DNA of 63,793 nt, filler included, from Octopus bimaculoides (lineage: Eukaryota): the NCBI RefSeq assembly GCF_001194135.2. It is 6 parts of 4 records of this genome, joined end to end, with 100 filler letters (N's around TTAATTAATTAA, not from the genome) between each part and the next. Parts side by side here need not be neighbours in the genome. Positions count along the whole stretch, not along the records: positions 24,287 to 42,361 come from NC_068990.1; 5 more parts are not named here. One strand, written 5' to 3'. The position numbers and the translations under genes were made by a program. The notes below the pieces were generated by a model that saw nothing but the letters and a program-made list of their open reading frames with translations, searched no databases and was not told where the DNA came from. Shown piece by piece: positions 27,279 through 39,150 of this stretch. Positions within the stretch are counted from its first letter, which is position 1. Every line of letters starts with the position of its first letter.

Positions 27279-27960
27279 TTATCTGCCGGAGTAATAAATG
27301 TAGATCTTTATAAAGGTTGTCAGTAATGGATTCCCCAATAACTCATAACAAATGTAATCTTACCAGCTGAATCTTCCTTGATGAAGGAGGTGGTGGTGTT
27401 GAATAGAATTTAGGCTCATTTTTGCACCACTATGCTTCCAGAAACAGCTGTCGGATATAAACTTCTGGATTTTAAACTTCTATATGGATTTACTATATTT
27501 TCTACATTTGGATTTTAAGCAAATTATAAACCTTATGGATCTACAATATTTTAAATATTTTTTTATATATTTCAATATCATTTTTATATATTTCAATATC
27601 ATTTTTAAAAAGTAAGTAGAACTATATTTTTGTACATTCTTAATATACTCTTAACATATTTATATATATTTATATCTATATATTTTTAATGTATTTTTAA
27701 TATATTTTGAGTATGTTTATATATTTATATATTTTTCGCATATGATTTGGTGCATATAATGATTTCACAACAGAATATATTTTGGTATCCTATCTTTTGT
27801 CTCTCTTCATTATTTCTCTTATTTTTTCTATGGCTCAAAAACACTGATCGCTTCAATGTGCCCTATATAGAGAGATAAATCTATCTCTTAAAAAACATAC
27901 CATATATGTGTGTGTGTGTGTGCATGTGTGTATGTATGTGTGTGTATGTGTCTCTGTGTG

Positions 27961-27993
<33 letters not shown>

Positions 27994-27999
27994 GTATGC

Positions 28000-28054
<55 letters not shown>

Positions 28055-28057
<3 letters not shown>

Positions 28058-28181
28058 GGTGTCCACAAAGTCTGGGTATATGGGATTAACGCATACTTTA
28101 AGAAATTATTATTTCTTATATTTAATTGTTTATGTTTTTAATTTTATTTACTTCATGTACCCAGTCTCTGTGGACACCCTG
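28055..28181. mobile_element. 127-bp Tc1/mariner-type MITE
   Basis: About 30-bp TIRs cagggtgtccacaaagtctgggtatatg / catgtacccagtctctgtggacaccctg with 3 mismatches; TA on both sides. Confidence 0.85.
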
Positions 28182-29242
28182 TATATATGCATATATACAT
28201 GTGTGTGTGTTTCTGCCTTCTTGTCTTGAGATCATGTAACAGTTGTAAGCGAGTCTCACTGTCATTCATTTCGAATATATTCTCCCCATGGCCAGACATG
28301 TTCTCTCACAGAATGTTACAAATGGACGATGCTGCTTGTATGACAGTCACACTCGTTTACAACTATCACGTAATGTCAAAACAAAGAAACACAAACACAC
28401 ACACACAATTACGTACACAATGGGCTCCTTTCAGTTTTCATTTACCAGATTCACTCACAAGGCTTTCGTTGTAAATCTGAAATGAACACGAAAACCACCA
28501 TTCAGTTGAGTGGTAATAATAGCATAAGTAAATAAAAGCAATCAGTACAAACTTTTAATAATAAATGCAGAGAAAAAGTAAAATTTTTGCACCAACATGC
28601 TTCATTCGATTTGTCATACATTGCTCACCTTGACATGAAAACTAACAGGAAGTCTAAATAGAGATACAACGTATCTTAGTTTCTTACCTGGGCACAAAGC
28701 CAAAGAAAGACACTTAGTGTGGGATTAGCATTGTGAAATAGTTACTGATAAATAAGTTTTTGGTAGGTTGTGTGTTACGTTCATAATGACCACACTAACA
28801 GCAATGTCAGTTCTCATAATTTTTATTTACCTGGAACATATGTATTTACACACAGACACACACACACATCTATATGCAACAGTTGGATAAATAGAACAGC
28901 CTTCAAAAGATATTAATTGGAATAAGTATAGGTGGTTTCCATGTTTCAGCGCAAAACTAATCAGTTGCAGCACAGACTTCAACATGACGGGTCATGGCTT
29001 TCCATCATAGTAACGCATGCTGAAGAAGGTAAAGCTATAATGCCAGTCCAGAAACCAGTCCACATGAGTCCAAATACTTGAATGCATGTTGAGACATTGT
29101 CCAGGTTTGCTTGCCCACAGATGGCCAATTTCTGTAGTTATCATCAGTTTTTTTTTTGTGATTTAAAGAAGAGTTTTGATTGTCATTTCCAGCAGGTAGA
29201 CATACTTAGTATGTCCTTTGATTAATTTTAAATATATATATA

Positions 29243-29669
29243 GGCGCAGGTGTGGCTGTGAGGTAAGTAGCTTGCCTACCAACCACATGGTTCAAGGTTC
29301 AATCTCACTGCATGGCACCTTGTGCAAGTGTGTTCTACTATAGCTTCGGGCCAACCTTGTGAGTGGATTTGGTAGAAGGAAACTGAAAGAAGCCTGTCGT
29401 ATATGTGTGTGTGTGTGTGTATGTATGTATGTGTGTGTATGTGTGTGTGTGTGTGTGTGTTTGTGTGTCTGTGTTTGTTCCTCCACCATCGGCATGACAA
29501 CCGATATTGGTGTGTTTATGTTCCCGTAACTTAGTGGTTTGGCAAAGGACCGATAGAATAAGTACTAGGCTTACAAAGAATAAGTCCTGGGATTGATTTG
29601 TTCGACTAAAGGCAGTGCTCCAGCATGGTTGCAGTCAAATGACTGAAACAAATAAAAGAATAAAAGAAT
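29243..29669 (+). mobile_element. SINE family A, full length
   Basis: High identity to other copies. Confidence 0.9.
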
Positions 29670-29860
29670 ATATATATATATATATATATATTGTGTAGGT
29701 ATCAGTTAGAGGAGTTTAGAACCTCTAAGGGATAATTAAATCCGAAGGTGCTCCTGGTTATTAACTGAGTAGGTACAATCCTTTGTAAAGTTGTCTGGTA
29801 GCAAGTAGTTCGGTAGGTAGACCGAAATTTAGATACACACACATAAATATATTTACAATA

Positions 29861-30025
29861 GGCTTCTTTCAGTTTCCGTCGACCAAATCTACTCATAAGG
29901 CTTTGGTTGGCCTGAGACTATAGCAGCAAACACTTCCCCAAGGTGCCACACAGTGGGACTGAACCCCAAACCATATAGTTTGAAAGCATGCTTCTTAGCG
30001 ACGCAGTTACACCTGTGCCTGCACC
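29861..30025 (-). mobile_element. SINE family A, 5' half, inverted
   Basis: ggcttctttcagtttccgtc...caaggtgccacacagtgggactgaacc is the reverse complement of the SINE head. Confidence 0.88.
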
Positions 30026-30567
30026 TATAAAGAATGAAAATAGCAAGAAAATAATTTTTAAATTTCCAACAAACTGCTATTTTTATTATGACAAATATAC
30101 TATCCACCCACTGAAAAACTTCATGAAATAAAGAATTAGTAAAACATTTTTGTTTTGCTATAATTATTTTATTATTATATTTATGTATTTGTATTTATGA
30201 ATTAATAAAACATTTTTGTTTTGCTTTAATTATTTTATTATTTTCCGTATGTGTATTTGGAGGGCAAAATTCTTGATGTGAATACGTGTGTTGAAAGAAA
30301 TACTATTAAACCTTAGGAGAGGCATTATGCCTATAATAAACACACGCACTGGTTCGGTCCTTTAATTATTTATATTTATATATTTGTTTTGCAAGATTCC
30401 TGATGTGAAATTATGTGTTGAAACAGATATTGTTAGATTTCAGGATTGCTCTTATTTTTTTTTATTTTTTGCCAAATAAACACATGCAATATATATTTGC
30501 TCTTCACTTCAGCTTTATTAAATAAGCGTCCGAAATATAACAATATTTTGTTATTATTTATTGATTT

Positions 30568-32030
30568 GGGTGGTGAGATGGTAAAATCATTACTGCACCA
30601 GCCGAAAATGTGTTCTTTACATTCTGAGTTCAAATTCTCCTAAGTACCAGTTGTGACTTGGAGTCGATGTAATTAACTAGCCCCATCCTACCAAATTTCA
30701 AGCCTTGTTCCTATAGTAGGAAGGATTAATGATTTATTGATTTAGGGGGTGAGCTGGCAGAATCGTTAGCATACTGGCACAGGAGTGGCTGTGTGGTAAG
30801 CAGCTTGCTTGCCAACCACATGGTGGGTTCAGCTCCACTGCGTGGTACCTTGGGCAAGTGTCTTCTACTATAGCCTCGGGCAGACCAAAGCCTTGTGAAT
30901 GGATTTGGTAGACGGAAACTGAAAGAAGTCCGTTGGATATATATGTATATATATATATGTGTGTATATGTTTGTGTGTCTGTGTTTGTCCCCACCACCAT
31001 CGCTTGACAACCAATGCTGGTGTGTTTACCTCCCCTTAACTTAGCGGTTCGGCAAAAGAGATTGATAGAATAAGTTCTAGGCTTACAAAGAATAAGTCCT
31101 GGGGTCGATTTGCTCGACTAAAGGCGGTGCTCCAGCATGGCCACAGTCAAATGACTGAAACAAGTAAAAGAGTATACGGGACAAAATGCTTAATGGTATT
31201 TCATCTGTCTTTGTGTTCTGAGTTCAAATTCTGCCAAGATCAACTTTGCCTTTCATCCTTTTGGAGTTGATGAAATAAGTACCAGTTATGCACTGGGATC
31301 AATGTAAACAACTAGAAACCCTTCCCTAAAAAATTCCAGACCTTATGCTTATAATAGAAGGGATTGTCATTTGTTGATTTATATAAATCAATATATTTAT
31401 ATACTTATTGATTTATATAAAGGTAGTGAAATGGGAGAATTGTTACTGTACCGGCCAAAATGCTTAGCAACATCTCACCTGTATATACGTTTTGAGTTCA
31501 AATTCTGTTAAGGTTGACTTTGCCTTTCATCCTTTCAGTGTCGATAAAATAAGTACCAGTTGACTACTGGAGTTGATGTAATTGACTTAGCCCCTCCCCT
31601 GAAATAGCTGGCCTTGTGCCAAAATTTGAAACCAATATTTATTGATTTATTCTTTTCTACTCTAGGCATAAGGACTGAAATTATTGGGGAGGGGGCCAGT
31701 CGATTAGATTGGCCCTAGTATGCAACTGGTACTTAATTTATCGACTCTGAAAAGATGAAAGACAAAAGTTGACCTCGGTGGAATTTGAACTCAGAACGTA
31801 AAGACAGATGAAATACTGCTAAACATTTCGCCTGGTGTGCTAATGTTTCTGCCAGCTCGCTGTCTTATATTTATTGATTTATTGAACAGGATGGATTGGC
31901 AGGAATTTGTAGTTTTCAGTTCAAATCCCACTGAGGTTCATTTTGGCTTTCATTTTTCCAGGGTCAATAAAAACCGATATTAATCAAACCCCCAGAGCTG
32001 ATTTAATTGACAATACTCCTCCCCCATTTC
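30568..32030. mobile_element. Cluster of about five SINE family C copies with a nested SINE A
   Basis: SINE C at 30568-30730 (+); 30745-30780 plus 31174-31370 (+, split by SINE A); 31420-31634 (+); 31652-31866 (-, with a 17-bp TSD); 31888-32030 (+). Confidence 0.85.
30781..31173 (+). mobile_element. SINE family A inserted into a SINE C
   Basis: High identity to other copies; the SINE C sequence resumes at 31174. Confidence 0.88.
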
Positions 32031-33184
32031 CAGGCAGCAGATAACACACAGACTATAATTACAAACGGTGATTATAGAGAGAGTGTTTATGATGATGTCA
32101 TTCATTCTGATGAGGATAATGAAAGTTTATTCAGTTCTGAACATGATAAACGATGATTGTGCAGGATTTTAATGAATATTTGTTTGAAATATTTTAAGAT
32201 TTACGATGTAATTATAATTTGAAACCATATTAAATTTCTACTTCAGTTTCGTATGCATAAATAAATAACGCCTACAAATTCATTTTCATTCCCCCATATT
32301 TTTTTGTTTCCATTTAAATATTTATAGCTTCCAACCTAATTAGAAATAAAAAAACATAAAAAATATCCAGTACAGAAAAAGGAATACTGTGATGAATGTG
32401 ATTTCAATGAATGTAGATGATCACGTATAAAGAACATGACTAACTCAGCAAGTGTAAATATTCATAAGAGATACATTGCCATATTTAATTAGTAGGGCAT
32501 GTGTTTTGATGCATAGACAGGATAATTATGGCTATTATGTTATTATTATTATAATTCATTGTTTTATTTTCCTTTTTGCGTTCAAAAGATCATTCTCAGT
32601 TCTGCTACTAATGTATTTTACTTTGAGCTTTTGATTGCAACCCATTGAGAGTTGTATCCATGTAATTGGTGACCCTTGAAATTATACAATACATGTAAAA
32701 TACAAATACACATGCACAAAATATATATAGATATACATACATATGTATGAATGGAGATTGTCAAAATGATGTGGATGCCTCTGATGAGAACCCAATAAGG
32801 TTTGAAAATTGATTAAGTTTGTTCATCATTTTTGCAGTCTGTGGAAAATTGGTTAAAATTTGCCCTGTTTATAATTATACCATATGTTATGTAAGGGGAG
32901 AAAGAGAAAGAAAGAGAGAGCTATATGTTGGATATTCATATGCTGGATGCAAAAACCAATCGATACTCAAAGTAGGAAATTAACTACTTTGTTTATCATG
33001 AACTCGTTCACTGAGAATTGTCTGTCTAGGTTCTGCCAAAGGTAAAAAAAAATTTCTTAACCATACATCTCTTCCACAAAGAATACAAATATTGTTTTGT
33101 TTTTTCAATAAATTAGCCGCTAAAGGTATGCCTAATTCCCTAGCAGTACTGGATAACTGCTAGTCCTACTTGAAGGATACGTTG

Positions 33185-33268
33185 GACGAGCTCCGCTGGT
33201 TTGGGGTAACTGGTGCAGTGAGTGCCATTCTGCGCGGTAACGCCATCACGACCACAGGGCGAGGCTCA
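33185..33268 (+). mobile_element. Possible tiny C-terminal fragment of a CRE-clade LINE
   Basis: DELRWFGVTGAVSAILRGNAITT resembles the CRE terminal motif W..QRLSLAI.RGNA. Confidence 0.35.
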
Positions 33269-33774
33269 ACACGCTATTTGTTCTAGTGTTCCCCCCAACT
33301 CCATCATCTGCTGCTTAACACCATTCCTGTCCTTTTTCTTCTAATTAAATTGTTCAATCTATATAAATAAGACTAGCTTTCATATAGTCCCCTATGTAAA
33401 AAAAAAAAAAAAAATATTGTCTACAACTGCAATGCCTTTGATCTCAGATTTGTTCAATCAGGAATGATCTCGGGGTTAAACAATTTCAATAATAAATCGT
33501 ATTAACTGATATACAAAATGCACTTCAATTTTACAATATATTTTATGAGGAAAAAACAGATTGTAAAAAGATATTTTAAGTGCTTTGGGGGAATAAATAT
33601 ACGATTCTGTACATGTAAATACGATATTGTAGCAGGGTATTGGAAAAAGTATCAAACAATAAATTTATTACAAATAAACGTTAGAGCAACTGTATTATTT
33701 TTTCAGTTTGTAGATGTTTTTAACTATTTGATGTTTTATTAACCACATCTTTTAACGGTTCCACGTAAAAGTGG

Positions 33775-33967
33775 CCGTGCCGGTGTCACGTAAGAAACAT
33801 CCAGTACACTCTGTGAAGTGGTTGGTGTTAGGAAGGGCATCCAGCCGTAGAAACTGTATGTTAAAATAGACAATTGGAACCTGAGCAGCTCCTCAGTTGG
33901 CTAGTTCCTGTTAAACTGTTCAACCCATGTCAGCATGGAAAGTGGACGTTAAATAATGATGATGATG
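33775..33967 (+). mobile_element. SINE family E, 3' part
   Basis: gttggtgttaggaagggcatccagccgtagaaac...agcatggaaagtggacgttaaataatgatgatgatg. Confidence 0.75.
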
Positions 33968-34132
33968 TTTTTACAGGAGAAGAAAGAAAAAGACATGAAA
34001 AGTATAAAAGGCCAAATTATCGTGAGGAAAGTCCCCCACCCATGACTACCTCACCAAAAAAACAAATAAAGGGAAAAAGGGTGGAGGGATTAAACAGCAG
34101 AAGATGGGGTGAGAAGTAACAAATATCTGGTT

Positions 34133-34564
34133 CTATCCTTGCTTCATAGAGATGATTGCAAGGGCGTCTTCGCGGTGAGTAGCCAGTGACACTCGCTGCC
34201 AGAACCACCCCACCTTGTTGGACTCGTTTCTCTGACGGGCCGCAGTTATCTCGATTTTGTGGAGGAAATCGGCAGTGCAGGGTCCGAGAACACCTGAGGT
34301 CTCGACTCCGACCGGAACAAACTGATAGCAGGCGGTCATGCTCCTGTATTTGTTTATCTTTCTCTCTGCGTTATGGGCGACGATATTTGGTTTTGCAGTT
34401 GATGCAGCAAGGTTGGAACCGGAGAACGTGTCGCAGATTAGGGATCTGTCTCCCTCGTATGAAAACAGGGTTATTCTGTCGAGGTGCTTGACATCCATGC
34501 AGTCAAGACCTACTGGCTCCGCTTCTGACGGAAAGCCAACCACGTCTTTTCTGTTTGAGTGCAC
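34133..34564 (-). mobile_element. CRE-clade non-LTR retrotransposon, restriction-like endonuclease C-terminus
   Basis: VKHLDRITLFSYEGDRSLICDTFSGSNL...AHNAERKINKYRSMTACYQFVPVGVETSGVLGP...FWQRVSLATHREDA matches the CRE pattern RPDG.T...L.WD...AE..K..KY...F.P.A.ET.G..G...QR.S.A..RGNA. Confidence 0.8.
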
Positions 34565-34688
34565 TTTTTGAAATTTTAAAACTAAGTGAAAATTTTCATA
34601 TTTGGTGTATTTCAGGGCCTAATTCACTTGTTCCAGAACTTTAAAAAAAAAGTTACAGAGGTTTAAAGTTTGATAATTTTTATCAAGT

Positions 34689-35627
34689 CAGAAAACAGGA
34701 TTTGGAAACTGTCATTTCGTGCGTGACTGCAATCGTAAGACGACAAAACGATAATGTGAAAATTGCGATGATAACATGTGTTTTAAGCATTTAATAAATG
34801 AAAAATGACCAAAAAACGAGTAAACAGTATATATCTTGTAGTTTTAAGAACAGAAAAAGCAAACTGTAGTCCAGTTCGGAAAAAAAAATGTAATAATAAA
34901 CATTGCATTTTGATTTTCGTAAACACATGTAGTTCCTACAGGAGAGTGCCAACGTTTTGCTTGTTACTATGAAAACAGGTACCTATATGTCTGTTGTTTT
35001 CGATTGGCTAAAATTACCCAACATTTGCAAACTTTAAAAGCTATTTACGGTTTATTGATTTATGAATTTCATGCTAATAATAAGAATACAAAACTACATC
35101 AATAGACCAAATTTGAAATCGGAACAAAATTGAAGAAATTGATGATCTTTTCAGTTTGACTGTCAATTTTCGAAAATTCAAAGTTTATTGAAAATTTTAA
35201 AATTCGGTACATTAATGAAGTTTTCCAAGTTGAATCTCAGGAGATTTTTCCAGAAATTAAAAAAAAAAAAAATTATTAAGGTTTAAAGTTTGATAATTCC
35301 CACCCAGTCAGAAAACAGGATTTGGGAGCTGTCCTTTTGTGCATGACAGCATGTGTTGTCAACTGTAAACAAATGAAATTCTGTTTTACTTACGCCATAC
35401 CAACCCCTCATAATTATTTATTATTTTTTGAAATTTTTAGAAAATTTTTACGAATTTGTATTCTACACATAGGAATTCATACGATTATTCAAAAATAAAA
35501 CAAAAGATCTTTTTGGTGCGTGGTTTAAGGCCTATTTGGTAACGAGTGGAATATATTTGGTAACACAATCATGAGATAATATAAAGCACATATCAGATGT
35601 AGGTTATGTATGACCGAAAAAGGGTTA
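34689..35627 (+). mobile_element. piggyBac-like 3' remnant (Cys-rich domain plus right terminus)
   Basis: NCHFVRDCNRKTTKR*CENCDDNMCFKH at 34689-34790; ends ...aaaaggg TTAA at 35623/35624-35627; partial internal duplication at about 35190-35350. Confidence 0.45.
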
Positions 35628-37174
35628 ACACTTTCATTTTATTGTAATATTAGACATCTTGTCAATGTGGATAATTTAACCTTAAATACTGAAGAATTGG
35701 CTCACCAAAGCTTTTCTTAGCGTCACCAAGTCGCACGACCCAGTTGTTGGCTAAATTAATTGCAGGTATTGGTCGGTTTTAACTGTCTAATCGTGTGTTT
35801 GCAACAGAGTTTGTTCTCAACACGGGAAAAACCATTTTTGCCCGTGGAGCCACCCCATGCTTACATAAACACCAGTTTCTCCCGCTCTTGGATCAGCCGC
35901 TATTGACCAGACAACACCTCGTCTTACAGCTGTCTTCAATCAGTCGCCGTCCTTCTTCTTCGTTGCAGCCACAGACAGCAGACCACAGCCACATTATCTA
36001 TTAAACCCAGCAGAACTGAAGTCATTTGAATGTTTGTTCCAGATCGTAGTATTAAGATCATTCACTTTGGCAATTTTCAATTATTATAACGAGAAGAATA
36101 ATCGTCGCTTTTTCAACCTATTCAAATCTTATCGCTCTTCTTTCCACACCACGTCATTATAAATGGTGCATTATGAATTCTTCTTGTTATAGATACATTT
36201 CAAATTAAAAAGAAGCGTGTCTTATATGCCAGTGAATATGGTAATATTTGGCTAAGTGCAATGTTATGAAGAATATAAGCAATATCCTGCTTCCAATACG
36301 ACATCGTCATCTCCACTTCCTCATGGTTCTCTTACACAAACCTCACTCCATGTTGCACTTTCAGATTCTGCAATCCAGAACGATGCAACTCTTCTCAGAG
36401 TTGCATCATTTTAGAACCTCTGTCTCTCATCTGTTCAAACTCATATAATTAAGGCAAATAAAAACATGACATACAAAATGAAATTAACGAAACTCAACTA
36501 AATCTAAAAACTTAACTTAGAATATTCTCTAACCTTCATCACGATCTACTGGAATAGTTCTCTTTTTTGAAAATCATTAAATCAGACATTAGCAAGGTGA
36601 TAAATTTGACTTGGAATCCGACGGAGAAAAGAATATTGATTGTTAAAACCAAAAGTTATCCAGACATTTTATTAGCAACTTCAATTACGATTGGGTCAAA
36701 GATTAGGAAAAATTTCTTGAAAAGGAGTGTACCGTATGAGCTGGCTGTTTCAAATTCTCTCAACTTCAATGACAATGCTGACTAATTTTTACTTCCACGG
36801 GTGATACAACAGTACATAGTGATGATGCAATACTTGCAATGGAATGATTCCAACAAGTAGGGAGAAAATAATAAAAATTCAGAAATTACTCATTTTACCC
36901 CCAAGTAGTCATTTTGCCCCTCCCCCTTAAATAACGTGGAAGTTTACAAAATTATTTTCCATCATACTCTTAGTTTTGTTTTGTTTTAAAAATAGAAATA
37001 TATTTTAGACTTACTATCGTTTATATTTCGAATTACATATAAAGGGGGGCACCAAAATCTTGTAAGTGCTTAGGGTCTCTGTGGGTCTTAATTCGGCCCT
37101 GACTTCAAGAGTTCAGAATGAACATAAACTTCATTGTCTTTGTCAGCTGTTGTAGTGGATCTAAGATAAACACT

Positions 37175-37280
37175 CATAATGGTTCCAAAATATGGCACAG
37201 GGCCAGTGCTGTACTGGTACTTATTTTATTGTCTTTGAAAGGAAGAAAAGCAGAGTCGACGTCGGCGGTATTTGAAATAT
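37175..37280 (-). mobile_element. SINE family C fragment
   Basis: actggtacttattttatt...gaaagg...agtcgacgtcggcggtatttgaa. Confidence 0.65.
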
Positions 37281-37360
37281 AACCATACGTAATAAGAACA
37301 AGTAACAAGAACAAGACAACGGAGATGAACGAGATTGTAGGAAATAAGACAAATAAATAT

Positions 37361-37530
37361 TTGGCTGTGTAGTCAAGAAGTTTGCTTCCCAACCATATAA
37401 TTTCAGGTTCAGTCCCACTGCGTGGAGCCTTGGGCAAGTGTGTTCTGTTATAGCCTCTGGCTGGCAAAATAGCCTTGTGAGTGGATTTAGCAGACGGAAG
37501 CTGAAAGAAGCGCTTCGTGTGCGTGTGTGA
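37361..37530 (+). mobile_element. SINE family A, 5' half
   Basis: tggctgtgtagt...ggttcagtcccactgcgtgg. Confidence 0.85.
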
Positions 37531-37877
37531 CCTCTTCATGTCATCGCATAATTATTGTAATTGAATGATGAGCAAAACACTTCATTTCACGTTTCTCCAG
37601 TTCACTCAGCTGATAAATATGAGTAATCCTGCGACAGACCGGCGTCCCGTCCAGGGAGGAATCACGGAAACTAGAAACCTGATCCTATGTGTCTATGTGA
37701 CTCAGGAAGGATTTCTGTGTAGGAAAATATGACAACGACAGAATCGATTCATCATAAAACCTCCGTTGCATGCACAAAAATAACACTACGTTAGTGCAAC
37801 TGCATGGTTGTCGCATTGCTAAATATGGACACCCCTCAACTAACATCAAGCGTTCCTACCAAATATTTTCCTTTCAG

Positions 37878-37990
37878 GTGCAGACAGACATCAAACAACG
37901 TACCCAAGTACGCTACTAACAGAAACTCACCTCTAGCTGTCTTTTGTAGAACCATTGGGTGTGCCGCCATCAATGTTGGCACAACGAAAG
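37878..37990 (+). other. Candidate spliced exon, probably non-coding; alternative donor after 38033
   Basis: Acceptor attttcctttcag| with actaac upstream; donors AAG|GTAGGT (37990) and TAG|GTGAGT (38033). Confidence 0.3.
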
Positions 37991-38075
37991 GTAGGTCTGA
38001 AGAGTGTTGAGATGCTATAACACAGGCGAATAGGTGAGTGCTGTGTAGAAGAAATAAGATAGCAAGAAGCTTCAT
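37931..38075 (-). CDS. Candidate first coding exon of a small secreted protein
   Basis: Acceptor ttttattgactgtgcag| (exon start 38082), ATG at 38075, MKLLAILFLLHSTHLFACVIASQHSSDLPFVVPTLMAAHPMVLQKTAR, phase-1 donor AG|GTGAGT at 37931/37930. Confidence 0.3.
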
Positions 38076-38864
38076 CCAGACTCTGCACAGTCAATAAAAT
38101 CAAGTACAGATTCGTTTGGTAGTAGTAGAGGTGGTTGGGGTAACCACACTAGAATGTGTTAAGTAGGTATATCGTTGGAAGAGAAATGGATAAACAGAGT
38201 TACTGAAGTAGAGTGTATGGTTGAATAAGCTTAAACCAGTTGTAGGCAATACAGGGGTAACTGATCTCTTCGTGTGCAACAGTCAAAAACTAACAGATAT
38301 GCAAGACCGCTTTTTACGAAATTTTTATATAGACTATGTCAACAAGTGTAATCGAACCCGTTATAATGACTTCTGGATGTATTGGGTATCGTAAGGGTAG
38401 TTAACCAGGTGTATATGGAAGCTTTGGTCATAGTAGAAGGAACGAAGATCAAGGCCTTCGTAATTCAACGTTGCGAAAGACCTAATTCTGCGACACGTTT
38501 TAAGAAGCCGACCTACTACCTGATCATTTAGCACCCAAGCGAACATATAAACCAAATGGACGTCACAAGGAAAGAGAAATACCCAACTCGTTGTGAATAC
38601 TAAGTCTTTCCATAGTGAAGAATGTACTACACATCATAGATCAATAATTAGCCATCTCAAGATAAGAATTACAACTCAGAAACAGAAAGCAAAGTGAAGA
38701 AGTAAGGTTTGAAAACAGAAATACTCTTCTGAACGAAATGGATAACTATGACAGTACAATTGTACTCAGACCACAAGTCATATCTGTGGACGGAGGGCGA
38801 CATGGTGGTGGAATTGTACTATTGGTGAGACCATGAAATTATATAAGCCGATAGAGACTGACAA

Positions 38865-39150
38865 GCACACCATCGTTTAGACGACGAGTGTACCTGTTGA
38901 TCCGATCAATGGAACAGACTCCACAGACGCGTACCGTTAACATTGTTCTCAGAGAGATTCAGCGAGACATAGAATGTGACAAGGTTGGCTCTTTTGCATT
39001 ACATGTACAACTCATTTTTGCCAACTGAGTAGACTGGAGCAATGTGAAATAAAATATCTTGTTAACGGACACACCGCGTCGCTGGGTATCGAACTCACGA
39101 ATTTACGATCATAAGCCGAATACCCTAAACACTAAGCCACGCCCCTTCAC
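38865..39150 (-). mobile_element. Diverged tRNA-derived SINE sharing its 3' half with family D
   Basis: gatccgatcaa...agagattcagcg...ggtatcgaactcacg...cactaagccac. Confidence 0.7.

Noticed and set aside
37040-37101. Possible transposon terminus ending cttaattcggccctg
   Set aside because: No matching opposite TIR or TSD found in the window.
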